The translations under genes and the position numbers were made by a program. Shown here piece by piece: positions 10,727 to 21,357 of a stretch of DNA of 64,000 nucleotides. A model generated the notes under the pieces. That model had not been told where the DNA came from. It searched no databases and worked only from the letters and a program-made list of their open reading frames with translations. Source of the stretch: Bacteroidia bacterium (GTDB taxonomy: Bacteria; Bacteroidota; Bacteroidia; NS11-12g; UBA9320); contig JADHMR010000003.1 in assembly GCA_016779945.1 (NCBI GenBank), forward strand, positions 377 to 64,376, given 5' to 3'. The number at the start of each line of letters is the position of its first letter. The first letter of the stretch is position 1.

Positions 10727-11689
10727 ATGCGTAAAACGAAATTTAGATTTAATCCTGAAACTCTTGAATATGAAAAAGTTTCAAATACGCTTTTGATACA
10801 AATTGCTCGTATTTTTGGTTTTGTTTCTCTTGCTGTGACAATTGGAATCATCAGTTTCTTGATTGTGAATAAAGGAAGGAATACAGAAGCACTTCAAAAT
10901 CAACTTGCCGATTATGAAGTTCAAATCAAACTTTTAGAGAAAAAATCAATAGATATGCAATCCAAATTAGATGATTTATCATCTATGGATGACAACGTAT
11001 ACCGTGAAATATTTGGAGCAGACCCCATTAGCGACGATGTACGCAAAGCAGGAACAGGTGGTATCGACAAGTATACTTCGTTAGATCAATTGAAAGATGG
11101 TGAAAAAATCAAAAAACTTCATCAACGATTGGACAAAATGGATAACCAATCTAAAATCCAAATTGAATCCTACGAAAAGCTTATTAATCTGGCAAAAAAT
11201 AAAAGCAAAATGCTTGCAGCAATCCCTGCAATTCAACCAATATCTAATAAAAATTTAAAGCGAATAGCTTCTGGCTTCGGTTATCGTATCGATCCCATAT
11301 ATCGTACTCGTAAAATGCATAAAGGCTTAGATTTCTCTGCACCAATAGGTACCAAAATATATGCTACAGGCGACGGAGTCATCAAAAAAGTTAAACGACA
11401 ACGTTGGGGATACGGAACTCATGTTGTAATCGATCATGGTTATGGATACACCACATTATATGGTCACATGAGCAGAGCGAGCGTGAGGCAAGGACAACGT
11501 GTCAAAAGAGGTCAACAAATTGGTTTAGTTGGAAGTACAGGAAAATCAACTGGACCACACTTGCACTATGAAGTCGCAAAAAATGGCATTCAAGTTAACC
11601 CTATTGGCTATTTCTACAATGACCTAACAACTGAACAATACGAGGAAATCATTAAACTTTCTTCTAATCCTAATCAGTCATTCGACTAA
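10727..11689 (+). CDS. M23 family metallopeptidase, membrane anchored
   Basis: N-terminal TM helix, a coiled-coil region, then HKGLDFSAP..GDGVI..GPHLHYEV (LytM/M23 zinc motifs). Confidence 0.85.
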   Translation: MRKTKFRFNPETLEYEKVSNTLLIQIARIFGFVSLAVTIGIISFLIVNKGRNTEALQNQLADYEVQIKLLEKKSIDMQSKLDDLSSMDDNVYREIFGADPISDDVRKAGTGGIDKYTSLDQLKDGEKIKKLHQRLDKMDNQSKIQIESYEKLINLAKNKSKMLAAIPAIQPISNKNLKRIASGFGYRIDPIYRTRKMHKGLDFSAPIGTKIYATGDGVIKKVKRQRWGYGTHVVIDHGYGYTTLYGHMSRASVRQGQRVKRGQQIGLVGSTGKSTGPHLHYEVAKNGIQVNPIGYFYNDLTTEQYEEIIKLSSNPNQSFD

Positions 11690-12015
11690 TGGGCCTTTCT
11701 CCCGAAAAACTATTTTACAATCTCACCGAAGTTTGTGAGAATTTTAGTATTGCCCCCTCCACATTACGATATTGGGAGTCTGAATTTCCATCGCTGAATC
11801 CTAAAAGAAATGACAAGGGAACTCGATTTTATGACAAAAATGACATTGAAGAAATTGCAAGGATTCATATATTAGTTAAACAAAATAAATACACCATTCA
11901 AGGTGCTATTGAAAAACTTAAAGTCGATAAACAACAAGTTGATCACAACGTAAAAATTTTAAAAAAACTAAAAAAAATAAAGGAGTTTCTATCCCAACTC
12001 AAGCAAGAATTATAA
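11689..12015 (+). CDS. MerR-family HTH transcriptional regulator (small)
   Basis: YNLTEVCENFSIAPSTLRYWESEF is a MerR-type HTH. The start overlaps the upstream stop (TAATG). Confidence 0.7.
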   Translation: MGLSPEKLFYNLTEVCENFSIAPSTLRYWESEFPSLNPKRNDKGTRFYDKNDIEEIARIHILVKQNKYTIQGAIEKLKVDKQQVDHNVKILKKLKKIKEFLSQLKQEL

Positions 12016-12024
12016 TTTTGTTTA

Positions 12025-12819
12025 GTGAACAAACTCTATTTTATTGTCCTTCTTTTTTCTATTTGTGAAAAACTATTAGCTACAAATCCCCCAGATGCAA
12101 TTAGCCTAAGTTTAGGAGGTTCAACAACTGCTTATTCCTCACCTTTTTGCATCCAATATAACGCGGCAAATCTCGTATATTCTCCCTCCAATATTGCATT
12201 TAATGCTCAAAATAGATATGGTATTCGCGACTACACTAAAATCCTATTTGTTGGAAATTATTCACTGAAAGAATCTTCCTTAGGGTTTTCGTATCAAGCA
12301 GAAAATGGGATTATTTTTAACCAAAAAATATCTGCTGCAATTGCCAAAAAAATTCAACCAAACCTTGCATGTGGAATTACCCTTAATCTAAATCGTTTCA
12401 GTTCTAGGGATAGCTACTATCAAAATACTCAAATCATAACTTTTAGTGCTGGGCTGTCCTATCAAATTAATCCAAAAAATCAACTTGGATTTCAAATTGA
12501 AAATCCAAATCAAAGTGAAATTATAGCTTTCCCAAAAGGAAAATTACCTACTTCGGTACGTTTAGGTTTAAAGCATCAATTAACTAGTAATATCAACCTA
12601 TACATAGATGCATTTCAATCGAGCAATCAACACATAAATACCTGTGTTGGCATCGAAATAATAAAAGATCATTATAAAATAAGAACGGGCTATAATACCA
12701 ATCAAATAATTGGATGTGGCATTGGTATCCAAAAAGGGAGTATCATGATAGACGTTGGTTTAAGTTTTCATAATCATTTAGGAATTTCACCATCACTAAA
12801 CACTAGCTATGCATGGTAA
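12025..12819 (+). CDS. putative small outer-membrane beta-barrel protein, possibly PorV/PorQ/FadL-like
   Basis: Signal peptide and alternating beta-strand pattern, ending ...NTSYAW. The N-terminus (SLSLGGSTTAYSSPF..NAANL) is faintly PorV/PorQ-like. GTG start; overlaps the next gene by 11 nt. Confidence 0.45.
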   Translation: MNKLYFIVLLFSICEKLLATNPPDAISLSLGGSTTAYSSPFCIQYNAANLVYSPSNIAFNAQNRYGIRDYTKILFVGNYSLKESSLGFSYQAENGIIFNQKISAAIAKKIQPNLACGITLNLNRFSSRDSYYQNTQIITFSAGLSYQINPKNQLGFQIENPNQSEIIAFPKGKLPTSVRLGLKHQLTSNINLYIDAFQSSNQHINTCVGIEIIKDHYKIRTGYNTNQIIGCGIGIQKGSIMIDVGLSFHNHLGISPSLNTSYAW

Positions 12820-14908
12820 ATTATTTAGGATATGCATAATTATATTTGCTTGGTCCTCAACAAACGCCCAAAAAGATGCTAACTACATTAACCAATACCT
12901 CGAGTATGTGATTGAAATAGCTGATGAAGATGTTGATATTGTAGAAATAACAGAACAACTTCTGAGGTATATCAACCATCCTTTAAATATTAACAAAGCA
13001 TCCAATACAGAAATTTTTAACTTTCCGTTGTTTAGCCAAAGTCAAGCCCTCGAAATATGTAATCATCGTAAAAAATTTGGCCCCTTTCTCTCCATCTATG
13101 AATTTCAGTTGCTTCCAAGTTTTAATCATCAAGTATTAAACCAGGTTCGACCTTTAATTGCTGTCTATACCCATCCAATAACCCTAAAAACAGTTCGAAA
13201 AAACATTCGAAAAGGAAAACATCAATTCATGTCACTTTGCGAAACAACAAGTCCCAAAAACATAGGGCAACTTCGAAAAACTAATCACACTTCAGACTCG
13301 CTAACATATTATATAGGATCCAATATTTACTCCAATATTCGATATCGTTTTGATTATAAGAAACATCTATCATGGGGAATAAATCTTGAAAAAGATGCTG
13401 GTGAACAATTCAGTTTTAATAAGCAAAAAACACCCCTTGGATATGATCACCAATCCCTTTATTTATCTTTAAATGATGTAGGTAAAATCAAATCACTTCA
13501 AATTGGAGATTTTCATGTCAATTTAGGGCAGGGCCTCACACTGAGCACAGGATTAGCATTCGGAAAATCAAGCTTAATCACAAATACCAAAAGGAATTTT
13601 AGTGGATTTAGCTCATATCGTTCTTTACGTGAAAATGCATACATGAGAGGTTTGGCTTTATCGGTCAATAACAAAAATATTACATTGGGCTCTTTCATTT
13701 CATACAAAAAGTTAGACGGTGTAATCCATTACTTAGCACCCGACTCTAATAATGAGAGATCTACTCCCTTCGTTGAAACTATTACAGAAGACGGCGGATA
13801 TCATCGGACTATCAATGAACAACAACAAATAAACAAATTAGCTGACCTACAAACAGGGGGTTATATTGAATATGAAAATAACACGGTAAAAGTTGGGGGC
13901 GTTCTCCAATATCGAAAACTAAGCATCCCTATCAGACAATCAACAGAGCCCTACTCTTTTTTTTCATTTCAAGGAGATAATTACCTAAAAAATGGGATTT
14001 ACTACGATGCCGTATTTCGAAATATCAATTTATTCGGAGAATGGAGTTATTGCTTTTCAAACCTAACCCTGGCTCAAAATCACGGAGCTTTAATTAGTAT
14101 ACATAGAAAACTTGACCTCAGTATTTTATACCGAAACTATAACCCCGGTTTTATTACATACCAAACCAATGGATTTGGGGAAAATAGTAACGCAAAAAAT
14201 GAAAAAGGACTTTACCTTGGATACCAAATCAAACTCAAAAAATACTTTTCAATTGTGGGATATTATGACTTATTTCAGAATTTGAATAGCCAATTCAAAT
14301 CGATTGCTCCAAGTAGAGGTTTCGACCTATGGACAGAACTTCGCTACAAGCCCTCCAAAATTTTTAACGCCTATTATCGATTCAGAAAAGAAAAAAAACA
14401 AATTAATAGTCCAAACCAACCCATTTATAATCATGAAAATAATCAGATAACAAGACACCGAGTTCATAGCTCATATAAATTATCAAAATCAATTGAACTA
14501 AGAAATCGTATCGAAACAACTTTAATAAAATCTAACCAACCTACAACACGAGGAAGTTTAATCTATCAAGACCTCATTCTCAAACCCAAAAACAAGGCAT
14601 ATCAATGGAGCACCCGCATAGCTTTAAGCAGAGTTGAAGATTACAAAAACCGTATCTATTCATTCGAAAAATCGCCTCTATATGACTATCCTATGTTTAA
14701 TCATTCCTATTCGGGCATTCGATATTATATCTTGTTTAGATACACTACATTATCAAACACACAACTATGGTTTAAATATGGATATACACAACATGACACA
14801 CCCATTGAATCATTTAACGAACAATATGCTATTGGTTCTGGTTTAAATGAAGTAGCTGGAAATAAAAAGTATACTTTTACCCTTCAATTGAAACACGTTT
14901 TTAATTAA
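12809..14908 (+). CDS. ComEA-like helix-hairpin-helix domain fused to a large putative outer-membrane beta-barrel
   Basis: Signal peptide (..SSTNAQ). Residues 58-117 (LNINKASNTEIFNFPLFSQSQALEICNHRKKFGPFLSIYEFQLLPSFNHQVLNQVRPLI) match the ComEA HhH pattern. The remaining ~580 aa are beta-rich and end ..LQLKHVFN. Confidence 0.65.
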   Translation: MHGKLFRICIIIFAWSSTNAQKDANYINQYLEYVIEIADEDVDIVEITEQLLRYINHPLNINKASNTEIFNFPLFSQSQALEICNHRKKFGPFLSIYEFQLLPSFNHQVLNQVRPLIAVYTHPITLKTVRKNIRKGKHQFMSLCETTSPKNIGQLRKTNHTSDSLTYYIGSNIYSNIRYRFDYKKHLSWGINLEKDAGEQFSFNKQKTPLGYDHQSLYLSLNDVGKIKSLQIGDFHVNLGQGLTLSTGLAFGKSSLITNTKRNFSGFSSYRSLRENAYMRGLALSVNNKNITLGSFISYKKLDGVIHYLAPDSNNERSTPFVETITEDGGYHRTINEQQQINKLADLQTGGYIEYENNTVKVGGVLQYRKLSIPIRQSTEPYSFFSFQGDNYLKNGIYYDAVFRNINLFGEWSYCFSNLTLAQNHGALISIHRKLDLSILYRNYNPGFITYQTNGFGENSNAKNEKGLYLGYQIKLKKYFSIVGYYDLFQNLNSQFKSIAPSRGFDLWTELRYKPSKIFNAYYRFRKEKKQINSPNQPIYNHENNQITRHRVHSSYKLSKSIELRNRIETTLIKSNQPTTRGSLIYQDLILKPKNKAYQWSTRIALSRVEDYKNRIYSFEKSPLYDYPMFNHSYSGIRYYILFRYTTLSNTQLWFKYGYTQHDTPIESFNEQYAIGSGLNEVAGNKKYTFTLQLKHVFN

Positions 14909-14909
14909 T

Positions 14910-15629
14910 ATGACCAAACTTAGCGTAAACATTAACAAAATTGCAACCATAAGAAATGCACGAGGAGGCAACACACCTAGCGTTACTGATGCAGCCAAAG
15001 CCATTGAAAACTTTGGAGCAGAAGGTATCACTATCCACCCAAGACCCGACGAAAGACACATTACCCGAGAAGATGTAAAACATCTAAAAAGTATTGTAAA
15101 AACTGAGTTTAACATAGAGGGATACCCCAGTGATTCATTTATCAAAATGGTATTAAATATTTTACCAGAGCAGGTTACGCTAGTTCCAGATGGACCAGAT
15201 GTAATCACAAGCAATGCCGGTTGGGATTGTCTAAAAAATAAAGATTTTCTCGTTCCAATCATTCAAAAATTCAAAAATGCGGGGATTCGAGTATCCTTAT
15301 TCGTAGATCCTGACCCCGCCCAAGTGGAGGCCGCTTTTGCATGTAATACAGACCGAATTGAACTCTACACAGAAGCCTATGCTTCTAATTACAAATTAGA
15401 CAAAGAAAAGGCAATACAACCCTATAAATTAGCTGCAAAAAAAGCCACTGAATTAGGCTTGGGAATAAACGCAGGCCACGATCTTAATCTAGACAACCTC
15501 GCCTACTTCACACAGGAAATTCCAAACACATTGGAGGTATCCATTGGTCATGCCCTAATAAGTGACGCATTATACTATGGATTGAGTAATGCAGTCCAAA
15601 TGTATAAATCAAAAATAAATTCTATTTAG
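14910..15629 (+). CDS. pdxJ: pyridoxine 5'-phosphate synthase
   Basis: LSVNINKIATIRNARGG, HPRPDERHI and IGHALISDAL are classic PdxJ motifs. Confidence 0.95.
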   Translation: MTKLSVNINKIATIRNARGGNTPSVTDAAKAIENFGAEGITIHPRPDERHITREDVKHLKSIVKTEFNIEGYPSDSFIKMVLNILPEQVTLVPDGPDVITSNAGWDCLKNKDFLVPIIQKFKNAGIRVSLFVDPDPAQVEAAFACNTDRIELYTEAYASNYKLDKEKAIQPYKLAAKKATELGLGINAGHDLNLDNLAYFTQEIPNTLEVSIGHALISDALYYGLSNAVQMYKSKINSI

Positions 15630-15644
15630 AATAGCTCCACATAG

Positions 15645-17200
<1,556 letters not shown>

Positions 17201-17201
<1 letters not shown>

Positions 17202-17431
17202 TGATAGTAGAAGTAATTACACCCGATGAGGTGCTATTCAGTGGTGAAGCCATTTCGGTTAAATTACCAGGCACTAGTGGTTCTTTTGAAGCACTATCCA
17301 ATCACGCACCCCTACTCTCTAGCTTGGAAAAAGGAAGCATCGTTGTTCGCACCGCTAGTGGTGAAGAAACATTTGAAGTTTCTGGTGGCATCGTAGAAGT
17401 ACTCAACAATAAAGTTGTAGTATTAGCCTAA
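17201..17431 (+). CDS. atpC: F1 ATP synthase epsilon subunit, short form (beta-sandwich only)
   Basis: 76 aa. TAATG overlap with atpD, an epsilon N-domain pattern (ITPD..LFSGEA..V.LPG..G.F..L.NHAPL) and no C-terminal helical hairpin. Confidence 0.85.
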
Positions 17432-17450
17432 AAAACAAAAAACTCGCAAT

Positions 17451-17486
17451 AAAAAAGCCCTCTTTAAACAAAGAGGGCTTTTTTTA
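17451..17486 (+). terminator. rho-independent terminator after atpC
   Basis: GCCCTCTTT (17457-17465) pairs with AAAGAGGGC (17470-17478) around an AAAC loop. An A-tract precedes it and T7 follows. Confidence 0.85.
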
Positions 17487-17621
17487 TTCTATCTTTTGAA
17501 AGTATTGACCTCAATAAATATGAGGACACTCTCTTGAAATATGATTAATATCATGTCGTCATATGACTACAATCATAAAAACAATTCGTAAAAACCACTT
17601 CTGCCGTACGTTCTTTGAACT

Positions 17622-17777
17622 ATGAAAAGAAACAAACAATTGAATCGCTTGACTATGCGAAGTTCTAGTTTGTTAATTTTATTGTTGTTAATCGTTAGTA
17701 TTGATAATATCAATTCACACGATGTTATTATATCCCCTAAAAAAGGAGATAACACATGGCATTATAAACACGGTTAA
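17622..17777 (+). CDS. candidate 51-aa small ORF with a hydrophobic N-terminal segment (very tentative)
   Basis: My own translation: MKRNKQLNRLTMRSSSLLILLLLIVSIDNINSHDVIISPKKGDNTWHYKHG. It is below the track's 60-aa cutoff. It lies on the same strand as, and upstream of, the orphan terminator at 17916-17942. I saw no promoter box. Confidence 0.2.
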   Translation: MKRNKQLNRLTMRSSSLLILLLLIVSIDNINSHDVIISPKKGDNTWHYKHG

Positions 17778-17915
17778 AACAAAAAAATATTGATATATAA
17801 ATTGATTATGGTTGAAAACATTGACTATGAACTACTCTTATTTAGCATCAATTAAAAAATGAAAGGAAAACTCAGAATTTAATTGTTCAATTATTGATGT
17901 AAATTTTACTATTTG

Positions 17916-17942
17916 AGGTCGCCATTAGGTGACCTTTTTTTA
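17916..17942 (+). terminator. hairpin plus T-run terminator oriented for a plus-strand transcript
   Basis: AGGTCGCC (17916-17923) pairs with GGTGACCT (17928-17935), including one G-U pair, around an ATTA loop. The run of T's that starts in the last stem base (17935) follows on the plus strand only. Confidence 0.6.
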
Positions 17943-17960
17943 TAAGTAAAAATAGAAAAT

Positions 17961-18695
17961 TCAAGTTTCCAAAACCACTCTAGAACGAATGGGTTTAAAT
18001 CTTAACCATAACACCCCAAACAATGCCTCTTTAATAATACTTCCGTTCATTTTAGATTCTCCAGCGGTACGATCAGTGAAGATAATCGGGATTTCTTTGA
18101 TCGAAAAACCTAATCTGTAAGCAGTATATTTCATTTCGATCTGAAAAGCATAACCTCTAAACTGTATCTTATCTAAATCTATCGTATTTAATAATTTGCT
18201 ACTGTATCCTACAAACCCTGCAGTTGCGTCTGACAATTTCATTCGTGTAAAAAACCGTACATAGGCAGAGGCAAAATAACTTAACAATACACGTCCCATA
18301 GGCCAATTGACTACGTTAACTACATTACCTACATAGCGAGACCCAACTACTAAATCAAAATTATCTTTACTCAATTCGTTGTATAGTCTAATGAGATCCT
18401 CTGGGTTATGCGAAAAATCGCAGTCCATCTCAAATATATACGCATAAGATCGAGCTAAACACCATTTAAATCCAGCAATATAAGCCGTCCCTAAACCATT
18501 TTTCTCTCCATTTTCAAGAAGGTAAATCCTAGTATGAGCTGTTTGTTTTTCTTTTACAAGATCAGCTGTGCCATCTGGGGAATTGTCATCTACAACTAAC
18601 ACGTCAAAGTCCACATCCAAAGACATGACTTTATCCAACATCGCTGTGATGTTTTCCTTTTCGTTATAAGTAGGTATGATGACAATTGGATTCAC
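17961..18695 (-). CDS. family 2 glycosyltransferase, polyprenol-phosphate mannose/glucose synthase type
   Basis: IIPTYNEKENI, VVDDNSPDGT; 244 aa with the Dpm1-like layout. Confidence 0.8.
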   Translation of the reverse strand: MNPIVIIPTYNEKENITAMLDKVMSLDVDFDVLVVDDNSPDGTADLVKEKQTAHTRIYLLENGEKNGLGTAYIAGFKWCLARSYAYIFEMDCDFSHNPEDLIRLYNELSKDNFDLVVGSRYVGNVVNVVNWPMGRVLLSYFASAYVRFFTRMKLSDATAGFVGYSSKLLNTIDLDKIQFRGYAFQIEMKYTAYRLGFSIKEIPIIFTDRTAGESKMNGSIIKEALFGVLWLRFKPIRSRVVLET

Positions 18696-18719
18696 AGAAT
18701 ATCGTGTAAGTTTAATTAG

Positions 18720-19376
18720 CTATGAATTTGCTTTTTTATGGTCTGCTAAAAACTTTGCCAAACCAATGTCTGTCAAAGGATGTTTGAGCAACCCTAAAAT
18801 TGAAGATAGGGGACAGGTACAAACATCCGCTCCAGCTTCTGCAGCTCGAACAATGTGTAATGGATTACGGATAGAAGCTGCTAAAATTTCTGTAGCAAAG
18901 CCTTGAACAGTATAGATATCTGCTATTTGAGCTATTAATTCTATCCCATCCCAATTCATGTCATCAATACGACCTATGAATGGTGACAAATAAGTAGCCC
19001 CTGCTTTTGCTGCAAGAATAGCTTGACCTGCAGAGAATACAAGCGTACAATTGGTTCGGATATTGTTATCAGTAAACCAACGAATGGCTTTTATACCATC
19101 CTTGGTCATGGGGACTTTTACTACGATATTTTCATGTATATCCGCAAGTGCTTTACCCTCTTTAATCATGTCATCAAAATCAGTAGCAATGACCTCTGCA
19201 CTAATATCACCATCGACCATTTCACATATCTTTTTATAGTGATTTTTGATGTTTTCTTTACCAGTAATGCCCTCTTTGGCCATAAGAGAGGGATTGGTGG
19301 TTACACCATCAAGTATGCCCAAATCTCGGGCTTCTTCAATTTGTTCTAGGTTGGCTGTATCAATAAAAAATTTCAT
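18720..19376 (-). CDS. fructose-6-phosphate aldolase / transaldolase, short type 3B
   Basis: MKFFIDTANLEQIEEA..GILDGVTTNPSL..VKVP. I use the ATG at 19376 rather than the upstream extension in the track. Confidence 0.9.
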   Translation of the reverse strand: MKFFIDTANLEQIEEARDLGILDGVTTNPSLMAKEGITGKENIKNHYKKICEMVDGDISAEVIATDFDDMIKEGKALADIHENIVVKVPMTKDGIKAIRWFTDNNIRTNCTLVFSAGQAILAAKAGATYLSPFIGRIDDMNWDGIELIAQIADIYTVQGFATEILAASIRNPLHIVRAAEAGADVCTCPLSSILGLLKHPLTDIGLAKFLADHKKANS

Positions 19377-19486
19377 GTAGTAAAATTTGTTTTTTAGCGA
19401 ATGTAAGGATACCAAGCCAAACTTCTAACTAAAGGTCACTCAAAATTTGACAAAATAGTGAGATAAATTTTCAGAATAAAAAAAAT

Positions 19487-19573
19487 GGCTGACATCGCAC
19501 CGCTACAACCTCGTACCCTTGCTGCATTCCTGCCCTGGGGGAGTTCGGAGGGAGCTGGTCGTGTCAGCCGGTG
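19487..19573 (-). ncRNA. ffs: signal recognition particle RNA (small bacterial 4.5S type)
   Basis: This is the only GC-rich island seen in an intergenic region. The minus-strand read contains CC-AGG-GCA-GGAA-UGC-AGCA-AGGG, the domain IV signature (AGG / 3-bp stem / GGAA tetraloop / AGCA). A terminal stem pairs GGCUGACA with UGUCAGCC. A TATTTTTG box sits just upstream and a U-run downstream. Ends are accurate to about 5 nt. Confidence 0.8.
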
Positions 19574-19581
19574 CAAAAATA
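19574..19581 (-). promoter_or_regulatory. -7 box for SRP RNA
   Basis: TATTTTTG on the minus strand, immediately upstream of the predicted 5' stem of the RNA. Confidence 0.55.
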
Positions 19582-19701
19582 CACAGGTGTAACATCTAGG
19601 CAATCTATTTACTCATTTTTATTCGAAGTAAATCATACTTCATTCAGTAAATAATTTTAAAAAATGGTGTAATGCAAATAAGAACTTCCCTTAAATTTTA
19701 G

Positions 19702-19709
19702 TACGTTTG
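19702..19709 (+). promoter_or_regulatory. -7 box for the carboxyltransferase gene
   Basis: TACGTTTG, 12 nt before the ATG at 19722. Confidence 0.5.
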
Positions 19710-19721
19710 AGCCTAGGAATT

Positions 19722-21356
19722 ATGAGCAAAACTGATTTGACATTTAATAAATATCAAGACGAGAACAAACGCCTTCTCAAAACCTACCAAGACCTGGCTG
19801 ACAAGATTCATCTGGGTGGTGGGATAAAATCTGCTTCAAAACAACATAAAAAAGGAAAATTACTAGCACGAGAACGAATAGAATATCTGAAGGATGATGA
19901 TGCTGATTTTTTAGAGATTGGCACCTATGTAGGGCACGAAATGTATGAAGAACAAGGAGGATGTCCTGCTGGTGGAGTTGTTGGAGGTATTACTCGCGTC
20001 TCGGGTAGACTATGTTTGGTAGTGGCAAATGATGCTACTGTTAAAGCAGGAGCTTGGTTTCCTATATCTGCTAAAAAGAACCTACGTTTTCAAGAAATTG
20101 CCCTTGAAAATCATATCCCAATCATTTATCTTGTGGATAGTGCAGGAGTTTATCTTCCACTACAAGATGAAATATTCCCCGACAAAGAACACTTTGGTCG
20201 AATTTTTAGAAATAATGCAGTTTTAAGTAGTAAGGGGATTCCCCAAATTGCTGCCGTAATGGGAAGCTGTGTTGCTGGTGGTGCTTATCTACCTATCATG
20301 AGTGATGAGGCGTTAATTGTAGATAAAACAGGGAGTATATTCTTGGCCGGTAGCTATCTCGTAAAAGCTGCTATTGGCGAAACAATTGATAATGAAACTT
20401 TGGGTGGGTCAGTATCTCAAACTGATTTGTCTGGAGTTATAGATGACCGTTTTCCTGATGACAAATCATGCTTAGATCGGATCCGCTTCTTAGTGGATAA
20501 GATTGGAGATTCAACAAAGGCCGGTTTTAGCAGAACAGAGCCCATAAAACCTAATCACGAAACCAATGATATTTTCGGTATTCTCCCAAGCGAACGGTCA
20601 AAACCATATAAAAGTATTGATTTAATCAAACGTTTGGTAGATAATTCTGAATTTGAACAATACAAAGCAAATTATGGCAAAACCATCCTTTGCGGATATG
20701 CAAGAATCGACGGTTGGGCCGTAGGAATTGTAGCAAACAATAGAGAGATTATCAAAAATAAAAAAGGGGAAATGCAATTTGGTGGAGTTATCTATTCTGA
20801 TAGTGCTGATAAAGCTGCACGATTCATCATGAATTGTAATCAAAAAAAGATTCCTTTAGTATTCCTGCAAGATGTAACTGGATTTATGGTAGGAAGTAGA
20901 AGTGAGCACGGCGGCATTATTAAAGATGGAGCTAAAATGGTGAATGCAATGAGTAATAGTACAGTTCCAAAATTTACCATCGTCATGGGTAACAGTTATG
21001 GAGCTGGGAATTATGCCATGTGCGGCAAAGCCTACGATCCTCGCTTAATAGTTGCGTGGCCCTCTGCAAAAATTGCTGTAATGGGTGGAGAGCAAGCTGC
21101 AAAAGTTTTGTTACAAATAGAAAAAGCGTCACTTTCTAAAAAAGGAGAAGAGATTAGTCCAGAAAAAGAAACTGAATTACTTGAGAATATCATCAATCGC
21201 TACAATACTCAAACTACGCCAGAGTATGCTGCATCAAGACTTTGGGTTGATGAAATCATTAATCCTTTAGATACAAGAAAATGGATCAGCACCGGAATTG
21301 AAATGGCTAACAATGCTCCCATTGAAAAATACAACGTGGGTGTAATTCAAACATAA
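19722..21356 (+). CDS. acyl-CoA carboxylase carboxyltransferase (beta) subunit, methylcrotonyl/propionyl-CoA type
   Basis: Two crotonase-like carboxyltransferase halves (VVANDATVKAGAW, GSCVAGGAY, FLQDVTGFMVG, GNSYGAGNYAM). The track start at 19707 (TTG) lies inside a TACGTTTG box, so I use the ATG at 19722. Confidence 0.85.
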   Translation: MSKTDLTFNKYQDENKRLLKTYQDLADKIHLGGGIKSASKQHKKGKLLARERIEYLKDDDADFLEIGTYVGHEMYEEQGGCPAGGVVGGITRVSGRLCLVVANDATVKAGAWFPISAKKNLRFQEIALENHIPIIYLVDSAGVYLPLQDEIFPDKEHFGRIFRNNAVLSSKGIPQIAAVMGSCVAGGAYLPIMSDEALIVDKTGSIFLAGSYLVKAAIGETIDNETLGGSVSQTDLSGVIDDRFPDDKSCLDRIRFLVDKIGDSTKAGFSRTEPIKPNHETNDIFGILPSERSKPYKSIDLIKRLVDNSEFEQYKANYGKTILCGYARIDGWAVGIVANNREIIKNKKGEMQFGGVIYSDSADKAARFIMNCNQKKIPLVFLQDVTGFMVGSRSEHGGIIKDGAKMVNAMSNSTVPKFTIVMGNSYGAGNYAMCGKAYDPRLIVAWPSAKIAVMGGEQAAKVLLQIEKASLSKKGEEISPEKETELLENIINRYNTQTTPEYAASRLWVDEIINPLDTRKWISTGIEMANNAPIEKYNVGVIQT

Positions 21357-21357
21357 T

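Noticed and set aside
14843-15262. 139-aa minus-strand ORF, together with other long antisense ORFs in the track: 15839-16204, 9056-9361, 19023-19349, 22161-22669, 41430-41828, 34162-34419 and 63346-63873.
   Set aside because: Each lies entirely antisense to a gene with strong family motifs (pdxJ, atpD, alaS, fsa, the S8 peptidase, ompH, the 1282-aa protein, the M4 protease). Their translations are low-complexity or hydrophobic with no motifs. They are shadow ORFs of the kind expected in AT-rich DNA.
17573-17755. 60-aa minus-strand ORF in the atpC-glycosyltransferase gap.
   Set aside because: I saw no promoter box, no ribosome-binding context and no motif. It is antisense to the equally weak 51-aa plus-strand ORF. 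I keep the region as a finding but do not call this ORF a gene.
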